IMG/VR virus record: IMGVR_UViG_3300045974_000462
Location: 2,974 to 66,973 of that record
From: a virus
DNA length: 64,000 bases
Strand: one strand, 5' to 3'
This document shows, one piece after another, positions 1 to 9,132 of this stretch. The first letter of the stretch is position 1. Every line of letters starts with the position of its first letter. The position numbers and the translations under genes were made by a program. Under the pieces are notes generated by a model that ran no database searches, had not been told where the DNA came from, and saw only the letters and a list, made by a program, of their open reading frames with translations.

Positions 1-3000
1 GAATGGGTTGTAGGTGGTCTACAATTATGGTTGCCGTAGCTACGACCGGTCCTGTGGTTCGTCTCAGCTCTACGGTGATCTTTCCGTCTCCGGCCCCTTC
101 CAGTGCCTGCATTCTGGCTTTGATTATGCTGCGTCCCGGTTCAAAGCGGGAGTATTCGTTTCTGTCTGTCGTGACGTCGATGTGCGCTTTTATGAAAACG
201 TCAACGACCGAAACTCCAACCGATGAGTCGGATGTAACCATATCGTTTGTGGTTTGGGTCTCCCTGACTTCTGCTTTTGCCGTGATTGTTGTAATGAAGT
301 CTTGCAGGTATGCTGCAATGTCTACCGCCTGAGCTCCTGCCGTAGCCATCGCAGTTATAGTGTCGGCGAAATTGTTGATTTCAGTGACGCTGGTGGTGCT
401 GCTGGCTATCGCCGAGACGTTTTCTGCGCTGGTTTTGACTTCGTTGGCTTCTGTATTTGCCGTGATTGTTGTAATGAAGTCTTGCAGGTATGCTGCAATG
501 TCTACCGCCTGAGCTCCTGTCGTAGCCATCGCAGTTATAGTGTCGGCGAAATTTTGGACTTCCCTGGCTTCTGTATTTGCCGTGATTGTTGTAATGAAGT
601 CTTGCAGGTATGCTGCAATGTCTACCGCCTGAGTTCCTGCTGTAGCCATCGCAGTTATAGTGTCGACTAAATTATTGATTTCAGAGACGCTGGTGGTGCT
701 ATTGGCTGTTGCCGAGACGTTTTCGACTATGGAGCTTGGTGGTGCTGCTTGAACAAAAACGTCAACTGTTGCTGTTACCGCATTTGCTGTTGCCGAGACG
801 TTTTCGACTATGGTGTTTGGTGGTACGGCTTGAACAAAAACGTCAACTGTCGATGTTACCGCATTTGCTTCTGCCGAGACGTTTTCAGAAGTAATGACAG
901 CAGGAAGACCTGCAAAAACAGCTATTTGTGGAAATGAAATAAAATTATTAACATCTTTTGCAAAAATAAATAATTGTGAATTGGCGACTCCTAAAGTATT
1001 GTAAGTCGTTGGAAGGACAGAGTTCCAACGTGAATCTGTGGCTAAAGGAGTGACTGCATCTAAAGAGAGAAGATAGGCAGATACGTTTGAGCTACCATTT
1101 GTTACTGAAGCGAAAACACGAACAGAATCATCCGTTATTCTTTCAGCTATAAATTGATTTATTACAGGGGGTAATTCTATAGTCAATGCAGGGTCAACTG
1201 CTCCAGCAAAAGTTCCGGATTCACCGTAAGTAGCTACGGCTGTGTTTCTGGGTGAGTATCCTTTACGTACCCAATCTATCAAATCCTGGACTCTGTAAGT
1301 GTTTTCTCTAAGACGATATGAACTGGAATATTCCCAATAAGTACGCCATGAAGTTCCTGTGCCGGGTCTTGAGTCAACTCCAGCTACATGTGCCGTCAAG
1401 CAACGATAGTTTATAGTTAAGTTAGAATACATTGTTGAATCTGCCGCAGATACTATATCTCCAACAGAATAACTATTAGAAGAAAGCCATGCTGTGGCTG
1501 TATTGCAAAGACGGTGTGTATCATAGGATACAAAACAACGAGATGAATCTAAAAACTGCGGATCACCCGCTGCGTAGCTACCATTAGGATTAGGGGTACC
1601 TGTAGAAAATTGATTATTTACTCTACGAGAAGGCCATGTATGGAATCCGTTTCCATCAGAACCTGCATCTAAGTTCCAACCCCAGTTGTAATTAGTGTTA
1701 CTAGCAGACAATAAATCCTGCATTGACGATTGTTGTCTTACGGCAAACCAACCTGGTGTTTTTGAAGCAGGTGTCCAGTTCATATTATTCTTAAAAGAAA
1801 CAACCTCATTAACGTGATGCCCTATTGAAGCATCAGTATCACCAGAACCATCAATCAGTTCGCCTAAACCTAATGCGGTTTCAGGACTATCTGAATTTTT
1901 GTACGTTACAGTAGTGCTATTTTTGATTTCGATATTAACATTCGCTATACCCCAATAAAGGGATAGGGGTTTACCCATAGAGCCACCGTGGGCAGATGGT
2001 AATAAAATATTACTTATATAATGATGAGTAGTACCTGCTGCTTTTAATGTTGAATTACCGCAAGGCATAATAAAATCGCCTTCAGCAGAGGTTTTATCCG
2101 AATTGTCTAATACACAATTTTGCATTGTTCTGGCAGAGTTCCATGCTAACCAATTTAACGAACCATAATTAGCTATACCTAAATCACTATTGAAATAGCA
2201 ATTTGTAAGATCGCCTTCAATCTCTCGGCTGTCTGCTCCAGTTACACCCAGATAATTCCTTCTATAAGATTTAAAACCAGCTCCAGTTGTTCCTGTAGCT
2301 ACACCTTGTGTGATCGTTGGAGAACTTTTTGCAAAATAATTATTTTCTACTTCCCACGAATGTGGACCGTTGAATAATACAGTATCCGAGAAAGAATTGA
2401 ATTTACACTCGAGAGTGCCTGTGGAATTTATAGACCCGGTTAGCTGGACTGAATTCGAACCCGGATATGTAGTTCTTGTCGTATTGCAAAAAGTTATTGA
2501 CAGGGATGATGAGGTCGCTGCAATGAAAAATAAAGCACCACACTTATCAAAATTACAGTAATAAAACCGCGTAGTAGGTGTTACTGCAATATCACTTGTA
2601 AACGAACCGGCTTTTATATTACCTGAGCCAAATCCAATATAATCTGTGAATTCCCAATCGTGACCGCTAGTTCTTCCATAGACTATTGCATCTACATATA
2701 CAACTCCCATGTTTGGTAAAACTTGAATAATAGCTCTATTTCTGGGTACTCCTCTGGAATAGACTTGACAATATGGGCCTATTCTCCATATCCAAGATCT
2801 GGCAGATGGAACCGCACATTGGCTTTGATCGAATTGAAAAATACTGCCTTGATTAAGAATTAAGCTACGCTTATAGTTTGCCAGACCACTTGCTCCAGCA
2901 TTATTAGAAAAATTACCTCTAATGGTAACTGAAATATTTGGATTTATAGTTAAAGCGCCTGCTGTGGTTATTGATAATACCATTGTTGTGATATCTTCGG

Positions 3001-3127
3001 GAGATGATCCACAAATTATTGGTGTATTAACAATAACAGCATGACTTATGACAGCATTGTCCCCATCCACCCATCCGGGCATAACTGCTAACCAGTTCCC
3101 TGCTCCTGTACTTGTAACTGTTGCCAT
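1..3127 (-). CDS. Receptor-binding/tail fibre-like protein, at least 1042 aa, 3' end beyond window (absent from ORF track)
   Basis: Manual translation from ATG 3127 (GGAGG RBS) is open to position 2: MATVTSTGAGNWLAVMPGWVDGD... It has an Asn/Gly/Cys-rich beta-helix-like body, a CBM5/12-like motif AWLSSNSYSVGDIV...YRCLTAH...PGTGTSW near 1330-1500, and Thr/Ala-rich repeats. 940-3130 is visibly AT-rich. Confidence 0.8.
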   Translation of the reverse strand, partial: MATVTSTGAGNWLAVMPGWVDGDNAVISHAVIVNTPIICGSSPEDITTMVLSITTAGALTINPNISVTIRGNFSNNAGASGLANYKRSLILNQGSIFQFDQSQCAVPSARSWIWRIGPYCQVYSRGVPRNRAIIQVLPNMGVVYVDAIVYGRTSGHDWEFTDYIGFGSGNIKAGSFTSDIAVTPTTRFYYCNFDKCGALFFIAATSSSLSITFCNTTRTTYPGSNSVQLTGSINSTGTLECKFNSFSDTVLFNGPHSWEVENNYFAKSSPTITQGVATGTTGAGFKSYRRNYLGVTGADSREIEGDLTNCYFNSDLGIANYGSLNWLAWNSARTMQNCVLDNSDKTSAEGDFIMPCGNSTLKAAGTTHHYISNILLPSAHGGSMGKPLSLYWGIANVNIEIKNSTTVTYKNSDSPETALGLGELIDGSGDTDASIGHHVNEVVSFKNNMNWTPASKTPGWFAVRQQSSMQDLLSASNTNYNWGWNLDAGSDGNGFHTWPSRRVNNQFSTGTPNPNGSYAAGDPQFLDSSRCFVSYDTHRLCNTATAWLSSNSYSVGDIVSAADSTMYSNLTINYRCLTAHVAGVDSRPGTGTSWRTYWEYSSSYRLRENTYRVQDLIDWVRKGYSPRNTAVATYGESGTFAGAVDPALTIELPPVINQFIAERITDDSVRVFASVTNGSSNVSAYLLSLDAVTPLATDSRWNSVLPTTYNTLGVANSQLFIFAKDVNNFISFPQIAVFAGLPAVITSENVSAEANAVTSTVDVFVQAVPPNTIVENVSATANAVTATVDVFVQAAPPSSIVENVSATANSTTSVSEINNLVDTITAMATAGTQAVDIAAYLQDFITTITANTEAREVQNFADTITAMATTGAQAVDIAAYLQDFITTITANTEANEVKTSAENVSAIASSTTSVTEINNFADTITAMATAGAQAVDIAAYLQDFITTITAKAEVRETQTTNDMVTSDSSVGVSVVDVFIKAHIDVTTDRNEYSRFEPGRSIIKARMQALEGAGDGKITVELRRTTGPVVATATIIVDHLQPI
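277..666. repeat. Three near-identical ~90-bp coding repeats (starts 277, 457, 577)
   Basis: ttgccgtgattgttgtaatgaagtcttgcaggtatgctgcaatgtctaccgcctgag...gccatcgcagttatagtgtc x3; encodes DTITAMATAGAQAVDIAAYLQDFITTITA on the minus strand. Confidence 0.95.
711..885. repeat. 81-bp period tandem coding repeat
   Basis: gccgagacgttttc at 711, 792, 873; encodes ENVSATANAVTATVDVFVQA(A/V)PP. Confidence 0.9.
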
Positions 3128-3269
3128 ATTACGTCCTCCAACGGGTGCTGATACCGTTGACCGGAGGTCTCACTGTGGTAGCGTGGATGGTGCGGGTATC
3201 GGTGAGGTGTTTTAGGAATTTCATCGGATGACTCCCATGTCGGAGATGATGCTCTTGGTATTCGTCTTG

Positions 3270-3302
3270 AAAAAAGGGGAGATTATTAAACCTCCCCTTT
3301 TC
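3270..3302 (-). terminator. Rho-independent terminator
   Basis: GGGGAG..CTCCCC stem with T-runs downstream of the 203-aa gene. Confidence 0.7.
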
Positions 3303-3323
3303 TTGATCTGGGTATGGGATTTC

Positions 3324-3935
3324 TTACTGTAGTCGTACTTTATAGGTGATCTGTAGGCTGTCACCGGACGACAACGTTCGCGCCTGCGCCAATGCTGCAA
3401 AGGCTATAGGGTACCCGGTGTTGTTGCTACTGGATGCAATAATCGCATACGTGACGGGACCGATTGCCCCCCCGCTGGCGGTAATGGTTGTTGACTTGCT
3501 TTGGATTTCATAGTGTGACGTGGCGATAGATAGTGTCGGCCAGTCGGTACCATTTCGGGCGAGTGTTTGGTTGGCCGGATTGTATCCGTATCCCGTTGTA
3601 GGTTCTGTCGCCATGATTGTTGCCAGTGAATCAGTGGCAGCGGGTATGGTGTTTGTGAGTCTCAAATAAAACGTAGTGGGTGCGGTACCGTTCCTGAAAA
3701 AAACGTCAAGTATGGCTTGTTCTCCGGTCTGCGATAAAGCGTTGGCTCTATCGGTCTCCTGCCATTTCAGGTTGCCGATGGCGTCGTAGCAGGCAAGGGT
3801 GAAATATCCCCGCTCCTGAATCTGGACCTGACCGACTGTTTCTTTCTGGATCTGCGGGGTGGTGCATCCTCCGGCCATCAGGCAAACAGCCAGCAGCACG
3901 AGGGTGACGATAGAACAAATGGAAATGTTACGCAT
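3324..3935 (-). CDS. Phage virion structural protein (tail-associated fold) with N-terminal hydrophobic, lipobox-like leader
   Basis: NALSQTGEQAILDVFF...FYLRL...RTLSSGDSLQITYKVRL resembles common phage structural proteins; GGAG RBS. Confidence 0.55.
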   Translation of the reverse strand: MRNISICSIVTLVLLAVCLMAGGCTTPQIQKETVGQVQIQERGYFTLACYDAIGNLKWQETDRANALSQTGEQAILDVFFRNGTAPTTFYLRLTNTIPAATDSLATIMATEPTTGYGYNPANQTLARNGTDWPTLSIATSHYEIQSKSTTITASGGAIGPVTYAIIASSSNNTGYPIAFAALAQARTLSSGDSLQITYKVRLQ

Positions 3936-3967
3936 ATAGTTGCTCCTTTCTGGTTTGGTGTTGCTGG

Positions 3968-4192
3968 TTACGCGATCTTCTTCGCATCGACGGTGGCAAA
4001 CGCCGGAGTGAATCCGGTACCGGTATTCCCGTCCGGGCCTTTGGTGGCGACGGCGGAGTGGGTATGTGTCTTATATGCGGCTTTCAATTCCTCGACTTCG
4101 TCAACGAGGGCGTTGAATTCGGCACGCATGGCGGCGAGTTCTGCTCCGAAGTTCGCCTTATTGGGAAACGTGCGGGTTGTTCTGGTGGCCAT
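3968..4192 (-). CDS. Small putative virion protein
   Basis: 74 aa, GGAGG RBS, coiled coil, lies in the capsid operon. Confidence 0.6.
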   Translation of the reverse strand: MATRTTRTFPNKANFGAELAAMRAEFNALVDEVEELKAAYKTHTHSAVATKGPDGNTGTGFTPAFATVDAKKIA

Positions 4193-4247
4193 GATATCCT
4201 CCGGCTCCGGGGTTGGTCGCCCCTGAAGCTATGGGGTGGTGGTTGGA

Positions 4248-4586
4248 TTACTGGTTCTGGTTGGCGGTTGCTTCGGCTGCTTCCTTGGCGGCGAGTTCCT
4301 CAGCGGCTTTGGCTGCTTCCTTCGCGGCTTTGGCGGCGGCTTTTTTCTCTTCTGCGGTCAGCGGTTTCTCGGCCTGTTCGTCAACTTCAAATCCCGGCTT
4401 GAAAAACTCCGGAAGACCGATGCATCCGATGAGGATTTCTGCCTCGTCTTCGTCCACGAGGGCTTTGCCGATCCCGTCGCCTCGGTCGGTGAATTCCACC
4501 TTGCGCTGCTCGTCTCGGCGGGTGCAAAGGCTGACTGTCTCGTTGCAGAATTTGGCGCTGTGGACTTCGATTGTTTTGGCACTCAT
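4248..4586 (-). CDS. Hypothetical protein with Ala/Lys/Glu-rich C-terminus
   Basis: 112 aa, directly downstream of the MCP. Confidence 0.6.
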   Translation of the reverse strand: MSAKTIEVHSAKFCNETVSLCTRRDEQRKVEFTDRGDGIGKALVDEDEAEILIGCIGLPEFFKPGFEVDEQAEKPLTAEEKKAAAKAAKEAAKAAEELAAKEAAEATANQNQ

Positions 4587-4662
4587 TTCGATTCTCGCTT
4601 TCTGTGGTGAAGGTTGAGGAGGGGATTGCTCCCCTCCTTATTTTACCTTGCGGACGCTCGGG

Positions 4663-6093
4663 TTATGCCGGGACGTAGGTTCCGCAATTTTTGTAAATCC
4701 GGATACGCTCCAGTGCTTTGGGGACCAGCACGATGTACAGCAAGAGCAAAAACGGGTATGTGGTGTCGACCGCAGGCAGTTCCTTGCGGACGAGGGGTGC
4801 CATCTGGGCGATACAGATGTCTGCGGGGTTCGGTTTGACCTCGATCACGAGACCGTTCCCCTGTTTGCCGTTGGCGTCAAGCGGACGCCATGAGCCATCA
4901 TCGATGAACGTCAGGTTTCCGGATGCCGTCTGGGGTACTCTGGCGATCCATTGGGCATCGCTGAGGTCGGAGGCTTTACCGCGATAGATGCGGTAACCGG
5001 TGGCTCCGGCGAGGCGGGTCACTACAATGGTGACCTTCTGGCCATCAACGACCGCGACCGAGGAGGTCGTGACCGGTACGGATTCGCCGGTATCGTTGAA
5101 GCCGGAAACGCCATAGTAGTAGGTCCCTGCCGGAATATGGACGGTGGCGAGGGTGGCAGCGGCAGGCTGCGTGGTGATCGCCGGGGAGGCCGGTACGTTG
5201 GCCGGAGCGGCGGTCAGAGGTACACCACCAGGGACTTCTTCCAGCAGGATGGAGTGGTCAAACTCAAAGCTGCCGAATTGGGTTTCATATGCCGGTACTT
5301 TGAATCCGGGGGTCATGTTCAGGCTGGCCTTGGCGGTCTTGTCGGCCCGAAGGATGTTACGGTCCTGATATTGCGCGTTGAGTCCGGCCATTACGTGGGG
5401 GGACATCAGGCAGTTGTACCCATCCACCGTGGGCTGCTTGCCGGTGGTGATGAGGGCGAGGGCGTCGGCGTCGAGGTCGGCGTATCCAAAGGCTGCACCG
5501 GCTTTATCGATGACGCTGCCGCCGTTGGCGGACAGGTAGGTCAAGAGGCCATCAAAGTTGACTTCCTCTCCGCCTTCGTCGAGGAGCAGTTTGTTGCCGA
5601 AAATGAGTTCCCTGTCGACGCGCTCCAGCAGTTCCATCGTGCGGTCCCGGTTCTCGCGGGTTTTGGGGTCTTCAAACGATCCGCCGTTGGCGGCTGCGAT
5701 CAGCATCTGGTCGGTGATCCCGCCTCGTGCTCCGAGCCACTTGGTGTAGATGCCCGACCGGGTGAAGCTGGAGGTTCCGCCTTTCGGCCCGCCTCCCTGC
5801 CGGAAGCCGATGCTCCCGCGACTGGAGCCGAATCCGGTGTGTCGGTTCCATTCGTAGTACGGCTGTGCGGACGGGACTTTGGGCAGCATGTTGAACATTT
5901 TGAAGTGGCGCTCGCTGACGAGGACTTCCGTCATGACGGCGTCGAGGTTTTCCAGCATGAGGGGACCGGACTGGATGCCGCCTGCTCCGCTGTTGTTAGT
6001 GGTGAGGGCTTTCCGCAGTTCCTGGACGCGGTCTTCGCCAGTGATCCCGATGTTGTTGCTTTTCAGCAGTTGGTCATAGCTCTGGATTTCCAT
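4663..6093 (-). CDS. Major capsid protein, SPO1/Twort (Herelleviridae)-like
   Basis: GPLMLENLD, ELIFGNKLL...VNFDGLL, Ig-like insertion YYYGVSGFNDTGES, end LVPKALERIRIYKN; architecture matches recalled phage K/SPO1 MCP. Confidence 0.88.
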   Translation of the reverse strand: MEIQSYDQLLKSNNIGITGEDRVQELRKALTTNNSGAGGIQSGPLMLENLDAVMTEVLVSERHFKMFNMLPKVPSAQPYYEWNRHTGFGSSRGSIGFRQGGGPKGGTSSFTRSGIYTKWLGARGGITDQMLIAAANGGSFEDPKTRENRDRTMELLERVDRELIFGNKLLLDEGGEEVNFDGLLTYLSANGGSVIDKAGAAFGYADLDADALALITTGKQPTVDGYNCLMSPHVMAGLNAQYQDRNILRADKTAKASLNMTPGFKVPAYETQFGSFEFDHSILLEEVPGGVPLTAAPANVPASPAITTQPAAATLATVHIPAGTYYYGVSGFNDTGESVPVTTSSVAVVDGQKVTIVVTRLAGATGYRIYRGKASDLSDAQWIARVPQTASGNLTFIDDGSWRPLDANGKQGNGLVIEVKPNPADICIAQMAPLVRKELPAVDTTYPFLLLLYIVLVPKALERIRIYKNCGTYVPA

Positions 6094-6137
6094 CTTGTGT
6101 CTCCTTGTGTCTGTATAAGTGCGGTGTGGTTGTGTGG

Positions 6138-6752
6138 TTATGCGCCGATGACGGTCCTGACGTCTTCCGGGAGCATCTCAAGGTTCTTGTGCGTTCCGTA
6201 AGTGGAGAGCCACTTGGCGGCGACCGTGCCGTCCTGAACAGCTTTGAGCAGGGCGTCGCTGATCTCGCTCTGGCTCTTGGCCATGTCATTCGGGACTAAG
6301 TCTCGGGTAGCGCTGCCTGATCCGATGCGGGTCTCGCTGGTACCGACCGGCATTCTCCCGAGGGCTGCAATGGACTTGGTGAGTCCGACGATGGCCTGCG
6401 CTGTTTTGATGTTCAGGTTCAGATCGGCGGCGAGTGCTTTGGTCAGACCGGCGATTTCGGCGTGGATTCCGCCGATGCCGTCAGTGACCGACTTGGTCAG
6501 AGATTCAAACGCTTCCGATGCTTCCACGAGGGCTGCATCGTCCTGCTGCTGTGACCGGTAGAGGGGTTCGTCGTCGATCACGATTTCCGGGATGATTGCG
6601 CTCCCGGTAAACTCGGCCTCGGCGCTCTTGATGAGTTCGTCGAGTTCGTCGGTGGCGGATTTCTCGATGGGCTCATTTTCAAGAGCGTCGAGTTCGGCCA
6701 TAGCTTTTTTCAACTCCTCGCGTTGCTCTGCGATTTCTTTGGCGGTCTTCAT
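6138..6752 (-). CDS. Capsid scaffolding-like protein
   Basis: Start MKTAKEI at 6752 with GGAGG RBS; acidic coiled coil between protease and MCP; many LxKS/LxKA motifs. Confidence 0.7.
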   Translation of the reverse strand: MKTAKEIAEQREELKKAMAELDALENEPIEKSATDELDELIKSAEAEFTGSAIIPEIVIDDEPLYRSQQQDDAALVEASEAFESLTKSVTDGIGGIHAEIAGLTKALAADLNLNIKTAQAIVGLTKSIAALGRMPVGTSETRIGSGSATRDLVPNDMAKSQSEISDALLKAVQDGTVAAKWLSTYGTHKNLEMLPEDVRTVIGA

Positions 6753-6777
6753 GGGTACTCCTCCGTTCTGGTTTTTG

Positions 6778-7695
6778 TTAGCGGGCGGTAAAGCCTGCAT
6801 GTTTTACGAGTGCTGCTATGTCGGCGCTATTGGTGGCTTTCTCCATCAGTTGGCGCATGAAATTGATGGAGTCCTGCTTCTCGTGACCCTGGCATTTGCA
6901 GAGATGGTCAACGGCTCCGGCGATCCCGTCGCGGAATCTGCCGGTTGATTTGTATATGTGGTCGCAGGTGCCGTCGCCGTACAGAATCCCGCTCATGCCT
7001 CGGTCGAGGTTCTGTTTCAGTATCGGCTTTGCGTTGATGGTGCTCAGGGCATTCGGGGGTGCGGTGAAGGTGGCCGGTTCGGACTTGGCAATCTCGCCGA
7101 CGATCTCCTCGGCGATCTGGTGGACCTCTTGACAGGAAAGGTCGGGACGGGTATGGCACTTCCCGCAGCAGAGGCTCTTGCGGAAAAACTCGACCGTGCA
7201 TTCCTGGTTGACGGGTTTCCATGTCAGAGCGACGGCTCGGGCGACCGACTTGACGATCTTCTTGCCTCGGCGCTCCGTGATGCCTCCTTCGATGCTGTAT
7301 GCGAGGCGGCGGTCGCTGCCGCTCTTCTGGAACTGCTGACCGATCTCCCAGAAATAGTCGGCCAGCTTAAGTTCCTCAGTGGGGGTGCTCTCCGGGTGCG
7401 CCTTGAGTAGCTCTCCCTCGACCCATAGTCCCTTGTCGCGGAGTTCGACGTTTGTCGGGAAACCGATTATTACCGGGACCGTGACTCCGGCTATCTTCCG
7501 GTTCTGATGGTCGGCGTTGATGTATCCGGATTTGACCAACGGCCTGAAGTCGATACCGTTCTGGAGGATGGTCTCGCCGTCTTGGTCGAGTCCTGCCGTG
7601 CTGGCGTATCCCCTGACGATGCGACGGTCTCCCTGCTCGCTCTTTACGAGCACGGTCTCTGCTTCCATTTGAAATAAAACTTGATTCTCTTTCAT
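6778..7695 (-). CDS. Prohead (capsid maturation) protease
   Basis: VRGYAST..DQDGE, YINADH, GLWVEGEL, AYSIEG, VALTWKPVN: HK97-type protease motifs. Confidence 0.88.
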   Translation of the reverse strand: MKENQVLFQMEAETVLVKSEQGDRRIVRGYASTAGLDQDGETILQNGIDFRPLVKSGYINADHQNRKIAGVTVPVIIGFPTNVELRDKGLWVEGELLKAHPESTPTEELKLADYFWEIGQQFQKSGSDRRLAYSIEGGITERRGKKIVKSVARAVALTWKPVNQECTVEFFRKSLCCGKCHTRPDLSCQEVHQIAEEIVGEIAKSEPATFTAPPNALSTINAKPILKQNLDRGMSGILYGDGTCDHIYKSTGRFRDGIAGAVDHLCKCQGHEKQDSINFMRQLMEKATNSADIAALVKHAGFTAR

Positions 7696-7713
7696 GCTGT
7701 GGCCTCTGAATAC

Positions 7714-7752
7714 AAAAAGGCGGAGCTACTCCCGGTGGGAGTGGTTCCGCCT
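7714..7752 (-). terminator. Intrinsic terminator/attenuator just upstream of the protease gene
   Basis: AGGCGGA-ACTCCC-ACC-GGGAGT-TCCGCCTTTTT on the minus strand. Confidence 0.6.
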
Positions 7753-7800
7753 ATAACCGTTGCTTGCAATGTTGGGCTTGCGCGGGTAAGCGTTTTGCTG

Positions 7801-7974
7801 CTATTCGGTTGTAAGCACCAGACCGCCTTTGCGGGTCAGTCTCAGGCTGTATTCCTTTCCTGAGTACTGAAATTTTGCGGGGAAATCTGAAGCATTCATT
7901 ACGGTTACTTTTTCATCTGGCGTCCTCACCGACTTGCGCAGCAGGTATATTCCGGGCGTTATTTTTGGTGCCAT
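7801..7974 (-). CDS. 57-aa HemP-like small protein (below ORF-track cutoff)
   Basis: MAPKITPGIYLLRKSVRTPDEKVTVMNASDFPAKFQYSGKEYSLRLTRKGGLVLTTE; C-terminus resembles the HemP motif YxLRxTRxGKLILTK. Confidence 0.5.
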   Translation of the reverse strand: MAPKITPGIYLLRKSVRTPDEKVTVMNASDFPAKFQYSGKEYSLRLTRKGGLVLTTE

Positions 7975-8047
7975 GTCGCCAACGTATCAGGGGTTAAAGC
8001 TCCGTGTCTATTTTTTTGTTCGCGCTCGTAAAAAAAATGCGGGGCAG

Positions 8048-8120
8048 GGTGTAGCGACCATTCTGTGGCATCTTCTACTGTGTGAGGGCGCTGCTCTCTA
8101 TCCTACTCGGAGGTGTTGTC
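8048..8120 (+). promoter_or_regulatory. Conserved promoter cassette copy 1
   Basis: AGCGAC(8053)-17-TACTGT, GAGGG..CTCTC hairpin, GGAGG RBS. Confidence 0.8.
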
Positions 8121-8423
8121 ATGTTGAAAATTAAACAGGCTGTTCGGCGTCCGCTTATTTCCCGGCTCCATAAAGAGGTCAACTCCCTTTACCATTCCGG
8201 TATCCCCACTGACCAGATCGACGCCATCCTCCGCACTCGCGGCTTCATGCTCTGCTGCGAAGACGGGACGCCTTTCTCGGCCTTCTTCTGCGGCGAGTCC
8301 TCCTGTACGCTGCTGCACTTCGCCGACGTCGCTACCGGCGAGATGGTCGTTAATTGCTACCTGTCGCTGTCCTGGCACCAGATGCCTTCCGGGCGTTATG
8401 AAATCGTGGCCTATTTGACCTAA
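8121..8423 (+). CDS. Early-type hypothetical protein
   Basis: 100 aa after cassette 1; ends WHQMPSGRYEIVAYLT. Confidence 0.75.
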   Translation: MLKIKQAVRRPLISRLHKEVNSLYHSGIPTDQIDAILRTRGFMLCCEDGTPFSAFFCGESSCTLLHFADVATGEMVVNCYLSLSWHQMPSGRYEIVAYLT

Positions 8424-8463
8424 CCGAGCCCGCTGGCTCCTACCCGTTCTCTGGAGGTTTACC

Positions 8464-8655
8464 ATGAACTGTCCGCTCTGTACCGCTCCCATGAAGTTTC
8501 ACCATCGCATCCTGCACGAGTCGGCCCATGTTCCGGGCTACCACGACTCCCTGTCTTGCACTGATTGTTCCTGTGTCGTCAAGCTGGAGGTCAAGCTCCA
8601 CGAAGGCTTGCATAATATCGCCAATGGCTTAACGAGCGAGGGCGAGCCCATCTAG
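8464..8655 (+). CDS. Small Zn-ribbon protein
   Basis: CPLC...CTDC, GGAGG RBS. Confidence 0.6.
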   Translation: MNCPLCTAPMKFHHRILHESAHVPGYHDSLSCTDCSCVVKLEVKLHEGLHNIANGLTSEGEPI

Positions 8656-8677
8656 TATCGCCATTGTCTGTTGCTTC

Positions 8678-8704
8678 GGGGAGCCTTCGGGCTCCCTTTT
8701 TTTT
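8678..8704 (+). terminator. Terminator with TTCG loop
   Basis: gggagcc-ttcg-ggctccc-tttttttt. Confidence 0.85.
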
Positions 8705-8722
8705 CGTTTTTTTTCGTCGGCA

Positions 8723-8796
8723 GGGGTGAGCGACCGTTCTGTGGGATCTTCTATCATGTGAGGGCGCTGCTCTCTATCCCGCTCGGAGGTGTTGTC
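8723..8796 (+). promoter_or_regulatory. Promoter cassette copy 2
   Basis: AGCGAC(8729)-17-TATCAT, hairpin, RBS. Confidence 0.8.
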
Positions 8797-9120
8797 ATGG
8801 CAAATCCCGCAGTTAAATCCCTGAACGTCGTTGTTTCCAAAGGTTCGCAGTCTGTCTCCTACGTCGAGTTGCTGCAGGCTGGCGACTTCAAACTTCGCAT
8901 TGAAATCAAAAGCGACTCGTATGCTGCTCAGTCGTATGCCCGCATTTTGGTTTGGTCTCCGGCTGTCTTGGATTGGCATTTCGTGGAGTGCGTTCCGTCT
9001 TCTCTCATGGCTACTCCGGTTGGCCTTATTTATCTGCCGAGGGAGACCGGCGTCCACAAGTCCCATTTCCTGGCCGACCGTGGTGCTCTTGTTGCTCGGA
9101 TGCAGTTGGTCCTCTTCTAA
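8797..9120 (+). CDS. Hypothetical protein
   Basis: 107 aa from MANPAVKS after cassette 2. Confidence 0.7.
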   Translation: MANPAVKSLNVVVSKGSQSVSYVELLQAGDFKLRIEIKSDSYAAQSYARILVWSPAVLDWHFVECVPSSLMATPVGLIYLPRETGVHKSHFLADRGALVARMQLVLF

Positions 9121-9132
9121 ACCTTTCCGTCG

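Noticed and set aside
277-885. Possible DGR TR/VR pair or CRISPR array
   Set aside because: The repeats are in-frame coding units without unique spacers, differences are not adenine-specific, and no reverse transcriptase or cas gene is in the window.
4951-6201. 416-aa plus-strand ORF (likewise 17689-18879, 35424-36305, 38986-39951, 50424-51470, 53199-54179, 54902-55693)
   Set aside because: Antisense shadows of well-supported minus-strand genes in GC-rich DNA, with no motifs or RBS.
7700-7870. Riboswitch (e.g. c-di-GMP/GEMM) upstream of the protease
   Set aside because: No matching consensus; the region is better explained by a small ORF and a terminator.
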